A program made the translations under genes and the position numbers. DNA of 64,000 nucleotides from Octopus vulgaris. Lineage: Eukaryota. This document shows positions 1 to 11,829 of this stretch, one piece after another. The notes below the pieces were generated by a model. That model was given only the letters and a program-made list of their open reading frames with translations. It ran no database searches and was not told where the DNA came from. The stretch covers positions 111,414,001 through 111,478,000 of the forward strand of contig OX597816.1 of the NCBI GenBank assembly GCA_951406725.2, given 5' to 3'. Every line of letters begins with the position of its first letter. Position 1 is the first letter of the stretch.

Positions 1-490
1 GGAGATATGTTGAATCCAAAAGGCATGTCCTTTGTATATGTGTGCGTATAATTTATCTTTGTGTGTGCATGTGATCATTGCTTTAACAGCAATTCATATG
101 CTTGTGCATACATGAATATACGCAAATGTGTGTATGTGTTCATCATTTTAGGAGCAGTTTATATAAAGTGAAGACAGCTGAAGTGAAGACAGCAAGTTCT
201 CTGTATATCTCCGTAACTTCTTGGAGATTTTAAGTAAAATCATACTAATGTGTCCATATGTTTTAATTTAATTAAATTCTATGTCTTTATGCAGCGGAGA
301 ATTGCTCTGCATTTAAATTGATGTAATGATTGCATTCTTCAATTAAATGGAGTTACTTGAAACGATCGTACTGCATTACCTCTGGATATCCTTCTTGTTT
401 ATTTCGATTTTAATCACCTTATTTTGAAATTGCATGGATAATAATGTACTAAATTCTGCTTCCTCAACTTAAGTACCATATTCATCTGAA

Positions 491-492
<2 letters not shown>

Positions 493-543
<51 letters not shown>

Positions 544-680
544 TTGCATATGTACATACCTACATATATATGTATATGTACATGCATATATACATACATA
601 TATATGTATATGTACATGCATATATACATACATATATGTACATACCTACATACATACGTATATGTACATGCATATATGGG
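493..680. repeat. (TA)n/(TACA)n microsatellite block
   Basis: Directly visible simple repeats; they explain ORF 492..761. Confidence 0.95.
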
Positions 681-689
681 TACAGGACA

Positions 690-860
690 TAAAAAAAAAC
701 ATTGAACACAATAAGAAACGAAAACATAAAAACAAAAACATAGAAACGAACACTTTTTCAAACAACGAAGAAAAACAGAAAAACAAGACAGGCATCACAA
801 GGAATATTCTCCTTCTTCAGTTGTCCCTGTTTCATCTACTCCGCGTTTCGAAGGTAAGGA
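690..860 (-). repeat. Interspersed repeat fragment (second copy ~53003-53100, opposite orientation), possibly from a Penelope-like terminal repeat
   Basis: Minus strand ccttaccttcgaaacgcggagtagatgaaacagggacaactgaagaagg matches plus strand ccctaccttcaaaacacggagtagataaaacaggggacaactgatgaagg near 53004. Family assignment is inference. Confidence 0.55.
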
Positions 861-873
861 TAATATATATATA

Positions 874-1265
874 CTAGCAGTATCGCCCGGCGTTGCTCGG
901 GTTTGTAAGGGAAATAACTATATAAGCATTTTTAGAGTTATAGCCAAAAAATAGCAAAAAATGCATTAAAAAGGGAAATAAAATGATGGTAAATTTTTTT
1001 TAAATCGTTGACTCATCGTAGACGTTTTTAGAGAGTTACTTCCCTTATATAATAACGAAAAAATGCATTAAAATGGATAAAAATGATGGTAATTTTTTTT
1101 AAAATCGTAGACTCATCGTAGACGCGCGCTAATACCCAGAAGGGCTCGATATGAATCACGACTATAAGATACCGGTTTAGGTTAAACTGCACCGCAAAAT
1201 GTGGGAGTAGTTAGGAATCTAAATCGTAGGAGACAGACACACAACTTGACTTTTATATATAAAGA
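874..1265 (-). mobile_element. Non-autonomous Helitron
   Basis: Minus strand starts TC (tctttatatataaaag) and ends with hairpin cccgagcaacgccggg, then CTAG (874-877). Inserted between A and T in a TA run with no TSD; internal ~105-bp duplication. Confidence 0.85.
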
Positions 1266-1780
1266 TATATAAACTGCTCCTGTTTTGTAAAACCAGTAAT
1301 TAGAATAAACACAATGCAAACATTTTCAGACAAAATTTGTATGTAAATACTATGTACATGATTTTAAAAATCAACATATCACTTTCTTTCTATAAAATCA
1401 ACCATAGAACTAGAAATAGCTGATAAGAAACCACTAGGTTTTATGGGAATTTGTTTGAGAAACCCTAGTCTAAATGAATATTGCTCTTCCTCTCCACTCT
1501 CATACTTTATCTATCCAATTATTTATGTCTTCCTTGCCCAGTGTGTCTTTCATTTTTTCATTCCCTTTGCGTGACTTTCTGATTCTTTCTCTTGTTTTCT
1601 TTATTATATCTGCCAAACTCTCCTACTTTCTTTGTTTCTCAATGATTGATTTGCATCGCTCTACCTTTCTTCACTTCTATAACACATATTATCTACCATT
1701 CCTTGCTCCACTCTTAGTACTAATGCACTTAACTGATTTTTCATGTACCCTATATTTTACTATATGTATGTATGTATATA

Positions 1781-2010
1781 GGCGGCGAGCTGGCAGAAAC
1801 GTTAGCATGCCGGGCGAAATGCGTAGCCGTATTTCGTCTGCCGTTACGTTCTGGGTTCAAATTCCGCCGAGGCGACTTTGCCTTTCATCCTTTCGGGGTC
1901 GATAGATAAAGTACCAGTTTCGCGCTGGGGTCGATGTAATCAACTTTATCCCTTTGTCTGTCCTTGTTTGTCCCCTCTGTGTTTAGCCCCTTGTGGGTAG
2001 TAAAGAAATA
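1781..2010 (+). mobile_element. tRNA-derived SINE family A, full length, tail type A
   Basis: Head ggcggcgagctggcagaa, B-box-like ggttcaaattcc, tail tagccccttgtgggtagtaaagaaata, flanked by tatatgtatg duplication; many copies in the window. Confidence 0.9.
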
Positions 2011-2094
2011 TATATGTATGTGTGTATATGCAAAGAAAAACTTGAGTGTCACCTCAGATGCTTTCGTCAGATTGTATAAATCAAAAGAATACTA

Positions 2095-2300
2095 ATAATA
2101 CTTTCTACTATAAGCAAAAGGCCTGAAATTGTGTGGAAGGCAATAATTCGACTACATCGACCCCAGTGCCCAGCTGGTACTATTTTATCACTCTCCAAAA
2201 ATGATGACAGCAAAGGTAGCCTTAGCAGAATTTGAACTCAGAATGTAAAGATGAACGAAAAGTTTGTTGAACTAGCGATTTTGGGCAACTCACCACTTTC
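2095..2300 (-). mobile_element. SINE family A, degenerate, tail type B
   Basis: catcgaccccagtg...agaatttgaactcagaa matches the reverse complement of the family A body. Confidence 0.7.
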
Positions 2301-2514
2301 AATGAACAGTAATAATAAAAAATAGAAAATATGGGGAGAACTGTGATTCCATTGTAATTAAAATATGAAATGTTTTTCGCTTACTGCATGCTTCTGTCGA
2401 AGAGGCCATTTCAGTCAGAATGTCTTTTATAATTTTACATACAAAAACTTAGTGTCAAATCGACTCAGCATCAATTACATAACCATATTTGACAATATTT
2501 TAATTTAATTTTTT

Positions 2515-3010
<496 letters not shown>

Positions 3011-3186
3011 ATAACAAATATCATATTCGCATTTGCTATTACTGCCTTTGCTTTCATTGCAATTCTTCTGATCCAAGACAGCCCTGATAACAGAAATCAA
3101 ATGTAAAGATCATATTCACTGATTTCTGTATGAAATTTAGCCGAAATGATTTCAGCAGAGTGTTTTCTACAAAATGCATCAGAGAT

Positions 3187-3402
3187 AATATAGTTCTATA
3201 TTTAAGAGATGAGGAATTATGTACATTATTTACATTATTCACAATTGACGGATATTTGTCCTATCTTGTTTGCTGTTAACACAACGTTTCAGCTGATATA
3301 CCCTCCAGCCTTCATCAGATGAAGGCTGGAGGGTATATCAGCCGAAACGTTGTGTTGACAACAAACAAGATGAGGACAAATATCCGTCAATTGTAAATAA
3401 TG
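3187..3402. mobile_element. Fold-back insertion with minimal hammerhead motif (family H1); 12-bp TSD tgcatcagagat
   Basis: Near-perfect palindrome centred on 3317; TSD at 3175-3186 and 3403-3414; minus strand reads CTGATGA-aggctg..cagct-GAAACGTT-gtgtt. Confidence 0.85.
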
Positions 3403-3682
3403 TGCATCAGAGATGTAAAGGATGGTGTTGGACCAGGAGATCGATTTGTTTAAATACATAATAATGGGTACAGTTCCACTGATAAGATTTCCTGAAGTGC
3501 TTCGAACTTACAAAATTTAGGTCATAGTGAAGCTATTGTACAAGAGCTAGAGAGTCTGCATAGTGGGTAAAACCAGATAATCATGGAATTATGAAACGAA
3601 TTTCTTTAATACCAGATTAGCTAGGCAAATGACTCCTTGCTTATTTTCGAAGTGAGACAACTGACTTTATTACAATAAGTGC

Positions 3683-3738
<56 letters not shown>

Positions 3739-4067
3739 CTGTGTGTGCCCATGTATGCGTGTACGTCTGTGTTTCTCCCATTCGAAATTTTGAAAGGCAT
3801 CATTAGTTATATACAAGATAATTAAAATATTTCATTCCGTTTTGGCAAAGCCAACCATATTCTATAAGAATCTTATGTGGGTGACTCACACTGAGTAACA
3901 TATTGGCCATATTTCAATCAGTCGCTGGTGATTCGGGTACCTGGTAAAAGAATTCGTAAAATAAACCCGCTTGTTCTCAATTAAATGAAACTAGGATACA
4001 CACACACACAAGCACACCATTTGTGTCTGTGTGTGTGTATGTGTGTGCGTGTGTGTGTGTGTGTGAA

Positions 4068-4335
4068 GAGGTATGGCCTAGTGGTTAGGGTTCGATTCCC
4101 GAACTGGGGATGGGGGCGTTATGGTCTTGAGCAAAACACTTCATTTCATGTTGCTCGGCAACCATTTCGACATCTGGCGTGTCATACTCTTGTGCACGTG
4201 TACAGGAAATGTCGCTTTGACGGAGGGAGAGAGATAATGTACAGCACGTACATTTGATCATTATAAACAAATCACTTGAGAAGGGTGTTCAACAAAAACT
4301 GAACATCCATACATCGTCTTCGATGGGAGAAGCCA
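4068..4335 (+). mobile_element. SINE family C-like (tRNA head, CORE-like segment), degenerate
   Basis: tggcctagtggttagggttcgattccc head and tcttgagcaaaacacttcatttc, similar to the 48718 and 60240 copies. Confidence 0.6.
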
Positions 4336-4339
4336 CTTT

Positions 4340-4431
<92 letters not shown>

Positions 4432-4674
4432 ACACAATTATCTAAGCTTATACAATGGTATATCAAAGCACAAACTGAATCAACTTGATACAATGTGTCA
4501 AGTCTGGTTTACAGTCGTTTGATTTACAGAAGGTAATCCGGAGAGAAAGAAAGGCGAAGAAATGATCTTAGTCCTAGACTGATATTTTATTTATTGATCC
4601 CAAAAAGAGGTAAAACTAAAGCTAGCCTAACCTTGACAGTATTTGAACTGGGAGCAGAGACCCAGAACAAACAT

Positions 4675-4995
4675 ATATGTACGTACGTACGTACGTACGT
4701 ATGTATGTATGTATGTATGTATGTATGTATGTATGTATGTATGTATGTATGTATGTATGTATGTACGTATGTATGTACTTATGTATGTATGTATGTATGT
4801 ATGTATGTATGTATGTATGTATGTATGTATGTATGTATGCATGTATGTATGTATGCATGCATGTATGTATGCATGCATGTATGTATGTATGTATGTATGT
4901 ATGTATGTATGTGTATGCATGCACGTTTGAATACATGTATATATATATATATATTCATATATATATATATACACACACATACATATGTATATACA

Positions 4996-5035
<40 letters not shown>

Positions 5036-5190
5036 CTTACATATGTACATATATTTATATGCACATGTATATGTATACATACATATACATATACGTATAA
5101 ATAAATAAGTTTACATATATACATATGCACATACACATATACACATGTATACACACTCACATATACATAAACTCATATATACAGAAACGC
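4675..5190. repeat. (TACG)n/(TATG)n/(TA)n compound microsatellite
   Basis: Directly visible; source of the YVCM/HTYI ORFs. Confidence 0.95.
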
Positions 5191-5490
5191 ATATAACTTC
5201 CAGTCAAAACAGTACAATGCATGCCATTGGAACCTACTACGGTGATGGACAGAGTAACAAAAACGTTGTACAGGCTTTTGTTACTTAATTCCAATACTTA
5301 CAGACGTCTTACTATTATTTCATTTCTTAATCTGTTTTGTATTCTATAAAGTCCTATGGTGATGGACATGTGGTGTGAAAAGTCATTTCCGTGCACATGC
5401 AAGGATGAAAGTAAATCTGAACAATCAGGCTAAATGTAAAACGTCTATCATCTGACAATATAAGGCAATTTATCATGTATGTATATTTAA

Positions 5491-6664
5491 TATATATATA
5501 TATAGAACTGAGAATATCTGTCTGTCTGTCTGTCTGTGTGTTTCCCTAAAACTTGAGAACTACACAACCAATTTCATTCAAATTTTACACATGCCTTACT
5601 TAGGGTCCATGTAGTTTCATGGGCAAAAAAAATGTTCAACTTCTTGCCTAGAGCGAGCCCATAGCAATATCATATCTTCTCCACTATTTCAGTATTACGT
5701 GTTAAAAGTGAAACAAAAACATTTCTCTATTTTATGTCAGATACTTTCACTTTAACAATAAAAATAATAATAGCAATTGAATTATATGTAGTAAGTAATA
5801 ATTAAAATCAAACTAAAGTATAATATAACCGTAACATAACAAAAGTAAAAATAGCAATTGGTATAAAATTGCATCAATGAGCTTTAGTTATTGTTTAAAA
5901 ATTGAATTGTGTCCCTGTTGGGGAAATTGACAATATTTTCACCGTTTACACGGAAGCATTTTTGTTAGAATGCCTTCGATAGAAGAAAGTCCAAAAATGA
6001 ATTTCGCTGCAGCCGTCGGTGGGCGCGAACTCACTGAAATTAAAAATGGAAGAAATACGGATTGATCACCGGCAAAGACGGTGAATCTAGGATAACACCA
6101 CCAAACGAAATAAAAAATTAAATTAAAGAAAAGACAATTGTCTATAAAGTATACAATGTAGAGAAAAAAGATTTGAATACCTGGAGGAAAGCACCATCGA
6201 AAAGTGTCTCGGTGCGACTATGAAAGATATCTAACTAGAGGTGGTTAATTCACCGCAATAGAAGCAAGGTTCGAGTCAACGGAGCGTGCAAGGGAGTACT
6301 CGACTCGAACCTTACAGAGTGGAAATATTTTATTTTTACCTTTATATCTGGGACGTAAGACGTCCCGGATAAAAATTAAAAATGTCCCCACCAGAAGTAG
6401 AGGTAGGCTGGATTGTAGCCACACTTCTATACAAGAGGGAGGACAAGATACAATTGATCGAAATTGAAAGAGACGGGCCTACAATTCCAGTCTGTTATAT
6501 ATTTTGAGTATTGTTATCACTAGCGATATCAAGATATAACTTTGTATTTTGTATTTTATGTGTAGATGTGTATAAATAGATGTACATGTAATATGTACAC
6601 ATATATATACACATATATACATGCACTAGCAATATGACTCGGCAGCGACGGGTCATAATGCTAG
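5491..6664 (+). mobile_element. Non-autonomous Helitron carrying a captured coding fragment
   Basis: 5' end in a TA run followed by (CTGT)n; 3' hairpin tatgactcg/cgggtcata (6633-6657), then CTAG 6661-6664 and T. Confidence 0.75.
5975..6480 (+). pseudogene. Frameshifted fragment resembling Tx1/L1-type LINE ORF1
   Basis: Manual translation FTAIEARFESTERAREYSTRTLQSGNILFLPLYLGRKTSRIKIKNVP/PEVEVGWIVATLL; GC-richer than flanks. Family call is by motif recognition only. Confidence 0.5.
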
Positions 6665-6720
6665 TATATATATATATATATACACATACATGTACATATA
6701 TATATACATATGTATAAATA

Positions 6721-7040
6721 CCAACTACAAGGTTCCGAGTTCAGTCTCACTGCGTGGCACCTTGAGTGAATTTGGTAGACGGAAACTGAAAGAGGCCCGT
6801 CGTATATATATATATATGTATATATATGTGTGTGTGTGTGTGTGTATGTACGTGTGTCTGTATTTGTCCCCCAACATCGCTTGACAACCGATGATGGTGT
6901 GTTTACGTCCCCGTAACTTAGCGGTCGGCAAAAGAGACTGATAGTATAAGTACTAGGCTTATAAAGAATAAGTCCTGGTGATGAATTTGCTCGACTATAA
7001 GCGGTTCTCGACTATAGGCGGTGCTCGACTAAAGGCGGTG
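6721..7040 (+). mobile_element. SINE family B, 5'-truncated, fused to a LINE 3' fragment
   Basis: Matches the 47370-47705 copy and stops at ggcggtg (7040). Confidence 0.85.
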
Positions 7041-7480
7041 ATATATGTGTGGAAGATACTGGTGGGGCTGGCATCAGACTTTGGAAATGAGAGTTATACC
7101 AAACCACGAAATGGACGTCACTGTATTGTTCCAGATGTCCCAGATGTTTCATGTAAGGCAAGGATCATGTACTGCAATAACTTGAGATTCAAGGGCCCAC
7201 AGCTATTTAACTCCTTGCTGAAACATAAACATCTGAGGGATCTCCTTGGAGTGGGAATAGATGTTATCAAGAAGAAAAAATTTACCTCTTGCTATCCAAG
7301 ATACCACATGAACCAATATCAAAGCAGGAAACTCAAAAGAGGGCAGCGGCATCGAACTCCCTCCTCCACCAAAAGTCAATGACAAGGAATTGGCCATTTA
7401 AAAGGTGATTACACTGGCGGTGGCCCCGCATGGCCGCAGCCTCAAGGTTGAAACACATAAAAAACAAAAAGAATAAAAGT
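7041..7480 (+). mobile_element. CR1-group (L2/Crack-like) LINE 3' fragment
   Basis: ORF 6978..7382 contains IYVWKILVGL...RNGRHC...KGPQLFNSL, typical of CR1-group ORF2 C-termini; ends gcatggccgcagcc..gaaac plus an A-rich tail. Confidence 0.7.
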
Positions 7481-7515
7481 ATGTATATCAAAATGTTTGT
7501 GCAGATACATATGTA

Positions 7516-7561
<46 letters not shown>

Positions 7562-7598
7562 CATATGTATCCGCATAAACATCTAGATATACATATAA

Positions 7599-7634
<36 letters not shown>

Positions 7635-7832
7635 ATGTGTATGTATGTGGATACATAAATACATACATACATATATACAGAGAGACGGAGGGAGAGAGTG
7701 AGTGAGTGAGATACATGCAGAAACATCCAAACACGTAACAATATCTAGAGAGAGTGTACACACATAGAAACCCACATACATATTGCTATATTAGAATACA
7801 AATTGTACCGAAACAAAGACACAATACATACA

Positions 7833-8061
7833 TATTTCTTTACTACCCATAAGGGGCTAAACACAAAGGAGACAAACAAGGACAGACAAAGGGATTAAGT
7901 CGATTACATCGACTCCAGTGCGTAACTGGTACTTAATTTATCGACCCCGGAAGGATGAAAGGCAAAGTCGACCTCGGCGGAATTTGAACTCGGAACGTAA
8001 CGGCAGACGAAATACGGCAACGCATTTCGCCCGGCGTGCTAACGTTTCTGCCAGCTCTGCC
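7833..8061 (-). mobile_element. SINE family A, full length, tail A
   Basis: Reverse complement of 1781-2010; flanked by cacaatacat duplication. Confidence 0.9.
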
Positions 8062-8199
8062 ACAATACATTTAGAAATTTAAACATACACCTAAAAATGC
8101 AGATTCAAACAAAAGCGTATCCTTCATTGCTGACATACGCAAACACAAGCAGTCATAAATTAACTTTACGTCCAGGTTATGTATAAGTGTCTACAGAAT

Positions 8200-9130
8200 A
8201 TATTATAAGGTGTAGTAATAGTCAGTTTTTGACAAGATTATTATATATGTCTTTTTAGAGTACTGACTTTTAAAAAATCAATAGTTTTGAAATATTTCAC
8301 AGTTTGATATGTCCTCTTTCCGCAATGAGAGATGAATTGAGAATGTAAATGAGGCATTAATTTGGAAAAACATTCATTTTTTTTTTTAAGTTTGTAGTTG
8401 ATAGGAAATTTAAGTGTATTTACACGATTTAGGGAAAGACAAAAATTTCCAGGAATTGCTCATAGATTTTTTGGGTTTCCTGTATAAAAAGTTAATCATA
8501 TAACTGACATTTTATTACAGTTTCTGGGCGAGTAAGCCCGTTACTGGTGTTGAATTTTAAATTAGTTTAGTGCAAGTCCAATACAGGATTTTAAAAAAGA
8601 CGATGAAATTGTATTATCAGTAGTTCGATAAACTAGTTCCTTGTCTAAACATTCTACTCGGTGTCACCTATCATAATTGATTCATTTGCACTTAGAAGAA
8701 GGAGCTGTAATGTTATTAAAATGATTATTATTTAATTTAGCACCGTTAGAAATATCGATTAAATGAGTAAAATTATAAATAATTGGGTATGAGATTTCTA
8801 TATTTTACTAAACTTTGTTGTGTTAGTTATCATTAAGTAGAAATATCACGATAAAAATTTGAAATTTTCTGCTACGGATTCAGTGACAAGTATATTTAAA
8901 GCTGGATTTGACCAGTTGATTTTTTTGATATTTTATTCAATGTCTGTTATTAGATATTGGGATCGTACACTAATTTTTGATTTCTTCAATAAATATGCTT
9001 TGCTTCTGGGAATCACTGCAATAAGAGATAAACTTTGAAACTTTTTTTACGTTAGAAGATACAAAAAATAATCGTTTCTGTCAAGACGTTTTAGATTATT
9101 TTTGGATTGGTGAATAGTTTATTTATATAT
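8200..9130 (-). pseudogene. Heavily decayed Penelope-like RT remnant (tentative)
   Basis: Minus-strand peptide remnants NNNHFNNI, FVFP and SQFISH occur in the order expected for PLE RT/thumb motifs; no open frame. Confidence 0.3.
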
Positions 9131-9364
9131 GCTAACTGACAATGTTCAGGTTTTAGTTTAGTTTTTAGGACGCAATCCGTTGAACGCACGTTGAGATATC
9201 ATAATAGTACGAAACTATCATAACTGCATAAGCTGCCCTTAATATAATAAGACTGTAGTAAAGAATTAATAATAGTGGTACACCCTCCAACGTGACGAAT
9301 GAGATAACCTAGCCACTATAAGTAAAGAGAAGTACGTGAAGAACCAGAGTACGTAGTAGGTGGT

Positions 9365-10809
9365 GGAGGGGCAAGTCGATGCCCTCGAATGGCATCGTGG
9401 GATGCTGGACGGAGGACCCGGTTAAGCTGCTAGGGATCTGGTTTGGTCTAGATCTCCAGATAGAAAAGAATTGGTCTGAGGTGACGAGCAAGGTGGCTCA
9501 CGCGGTCAGGACTTGGTCCTGGCGGTGGCTATCCTTGAAAGGGAGGGCGGAAGTGGCCAATGTGTTTTTAGCATCGGTCATCACTTACCGCCTGACCGTC
9601 GTCCATTGTCCGGATTCGTGTTTAAGCAAGTTGGAGAGGCAGATCTTTCACTTTTTGTGGAAGGGAACCCCTCCTCTTGTAAGACGTTCTATTTGCTGTC
9701 AGAAGCCGTTAAAGGGTGGGTTAGGGATGCCTTGGCTGTTGATGCGCAGACATGCGCTGAGGTTAAGGCATCTTTGGCTCTACCTGGATGGTGAAAGGGT
9801 GTGGTCCCCGCTGGCGAGGCAGATGTTCCCCAGCTTTGCCAGTTTTGGTGGCAGAGAAACCTGATATCGTCGCAGACTTAGGACGAAGATGTGGTATTCG
9901 GAGTGCCATAAGGCACTCTGCCACTTCCGCAAGTCGGGCAATGCCGGCGGCTTTGGTACCACCGCAGCTTTTTATAGCAGGTTGGTAGAGGCCGGAAATG
10001 ACGATGCCTTAGGAAGGACTTTGGGCCTCGATAGGAATCAGTTAGACAGCCTGTTCCAAAGGACATTCAGGCCAAAGACGCTGGATAACTTTCAGAAGAG
10101 CTTTACTCGTTCGGGATAAACTCACAAGGCATGGTTACGGTGGACCATCGAACTGTCCAAGATGCGAGCGGGACGTGGAAACAGTCTCGCACGCTATTGC
10201 TCAGTGTCCGGAAATTTCGGACGTGTGGGTATATGCAGAACACCTGTTGTCAGACCGAAGAAGAGTACAGCTAACGGCTGAGACAATTCTAAAAATTGAC
10301 TCGCCTAGCTTTTTGACAAGTGAAGGTAAGCATTGCTTCCTCATTATAGTAGCAGTAGCGAAAGAGTGTATATGGAAGACTAGAACGAAAGGTATAAAGA
10401 CAGGCACCATGATCTCTGGCTCCGCCTTGGTGAACTTTTTTAAGTTCCACCTAAAAACAAAGGTGGAGCTAGAGAAAAGGTGTCTGTCAGTACGTGAGTT
10501 CGAAAAAAGATTGAAGCGTGTCGCACGACTGCTGCAAGTGAAAGTGGCCACATGAGCACGCTATGAGTTAGCTGCCGAGTTTCAGTGGGGAAAACAGGGC
10601 TCGTGGGGTCGGCAATCCTGGTGTTCCCACTTCATGTGTCATTTTATGTTGTATTGTAAAATTGTATATCATCCGATTTTTTTCGATTTTTTCGATTTTG
10701 TGTAAATTTTTAAAGATCATTTTTATGTAATCTCCATTCGTTTCTCATGACCCCAAATCATGATGTATTGTCCAACTCTATGTTAGCCCCTTGTGGGCAA
10801 TAAATAAAT
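9365..10809 (+). mobile_element. 5'-truncated Tx1-type (L1 group) LINE, ORF2 C-terminal part and 3' UTR
   Basis: ORFs 9379..9864 (VKLLGIWFG, WLSLKGRA, KGGLGMP) and 10175..10555 (ETVSHAIAQC, CIWKTR); A-rich tail; 17-bp TSD agtacgtagtaggtggt at 9348-9364 and 10810-10826. Confidence 0.9.
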
Positions 10810-11130
10810 AGTACGTAGTAGGTGGTCAGAGATAGTCGTGTCTTTACTGGTTTCATTAGATATACTGTATACCGACGTGGGCGTTATAACAATCCAAGAT
10901 TTTAAGGATTGTAACAGTGATAACGAGGATCTAAACGACTCGCGAGGAAGTAACAACTCACGAGGAGTTAAGAAACTCTCAAAAGTTTTTGTTGTGTGAA
11001 TTTTACGAAAACAAAATCGTGAAAATTACGGAAAATTTGTTGGCAGGTTTGCTCGAGTTGCAAAAATAGCAACAACAGCAGCAGTAGATACAAACTCAAG
11101 AGTAACAACAGAAGCAACAACAACAATTAA

Positions 11131-11759
11131 TATTATTTTCTACTCTAGGTACAAGGTCCGAAAGTTGGGGAATGGGCCCAGTCGATTAGATCGACCCCAA
11201 TACGCAACTGGTACTTAATTTATCGACCTCGAAATGATGAAAAGCAAATATGCCCTCGAAGGAATTTGAACTCAGAACATAAGATAGGCGAAATACCTAT
11301 TTCTTTACTACCCATAAGGGGCTAAACACAGAGAGGATAAACAAGGACAAACAAACGGATTAAGTCGATTATATCGACCCCAGTGCGTAACTAGCACTTA
11401 TTTAATCAACCCCGAAAAGATGAAAGGTAAAGTCGACCTCAGCGGAATTTGAACTCAGAACGTAGCGGCGAACGAAATACCGCTAAGAATTTCGCCCGGC
11501 GCGCTAACGATTCTGCCAGCTCGCCGCCTTACAACAACAAATAATATTCTTTTCTTCTCTGGGCACAAGGCCCGAAAGTTTTGGGGAGTGGGCCCAGTCG
11601 ATTATATCGACCCCAGTTCGCAACTGGTACTTAATTTATCGACCCCAAAGATGAAAGGCAAAGTCGACCTCGGCGGAATTTGAACTCGGAACGTAACGAC
11701 AGACGAAATACCGTTAAGCATTTCGCGCGACGTGCTAACGTTTCTGCCATCTCACTGCC
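11131..11759 (-). mobile_element. Cluster of three family A SINEs (11131-11297 tail B, 11298-11528 tail A, 11544-11759 tail B)
   Basis: Repeated atcgacccc...gaatttgaactc...ctgccagctcgccgcc blocks inside the Gypsy leader. Confidence 0.88.
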
Positions 11760-11829
11760 TTACAACAATAAATAATATTACAGCAACAAATGCTGCAATT
11801 ACTGCAGTCGTCAAGTAAGTCAGAAAAAG

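Noticed and set aside
1781-1870. tRNA-like sequences at SINE heads (also 47335, 60500)
   Set aside because: No complete cloverleaf; continuous with SINE bodies.
1474-1905. 143-aa hydrophobic ORF
   Set aside because: T-rich low-complexity sequence running into a SINE; no protein motif.
4594-5160. Long ORFs rich in [16 protein letters not shown] (also at 492, 2663, 7333, 30938, 32220, 46490, 55954, 63636)
   Set aside because: Read-through of microsatellites that lack stop codons.
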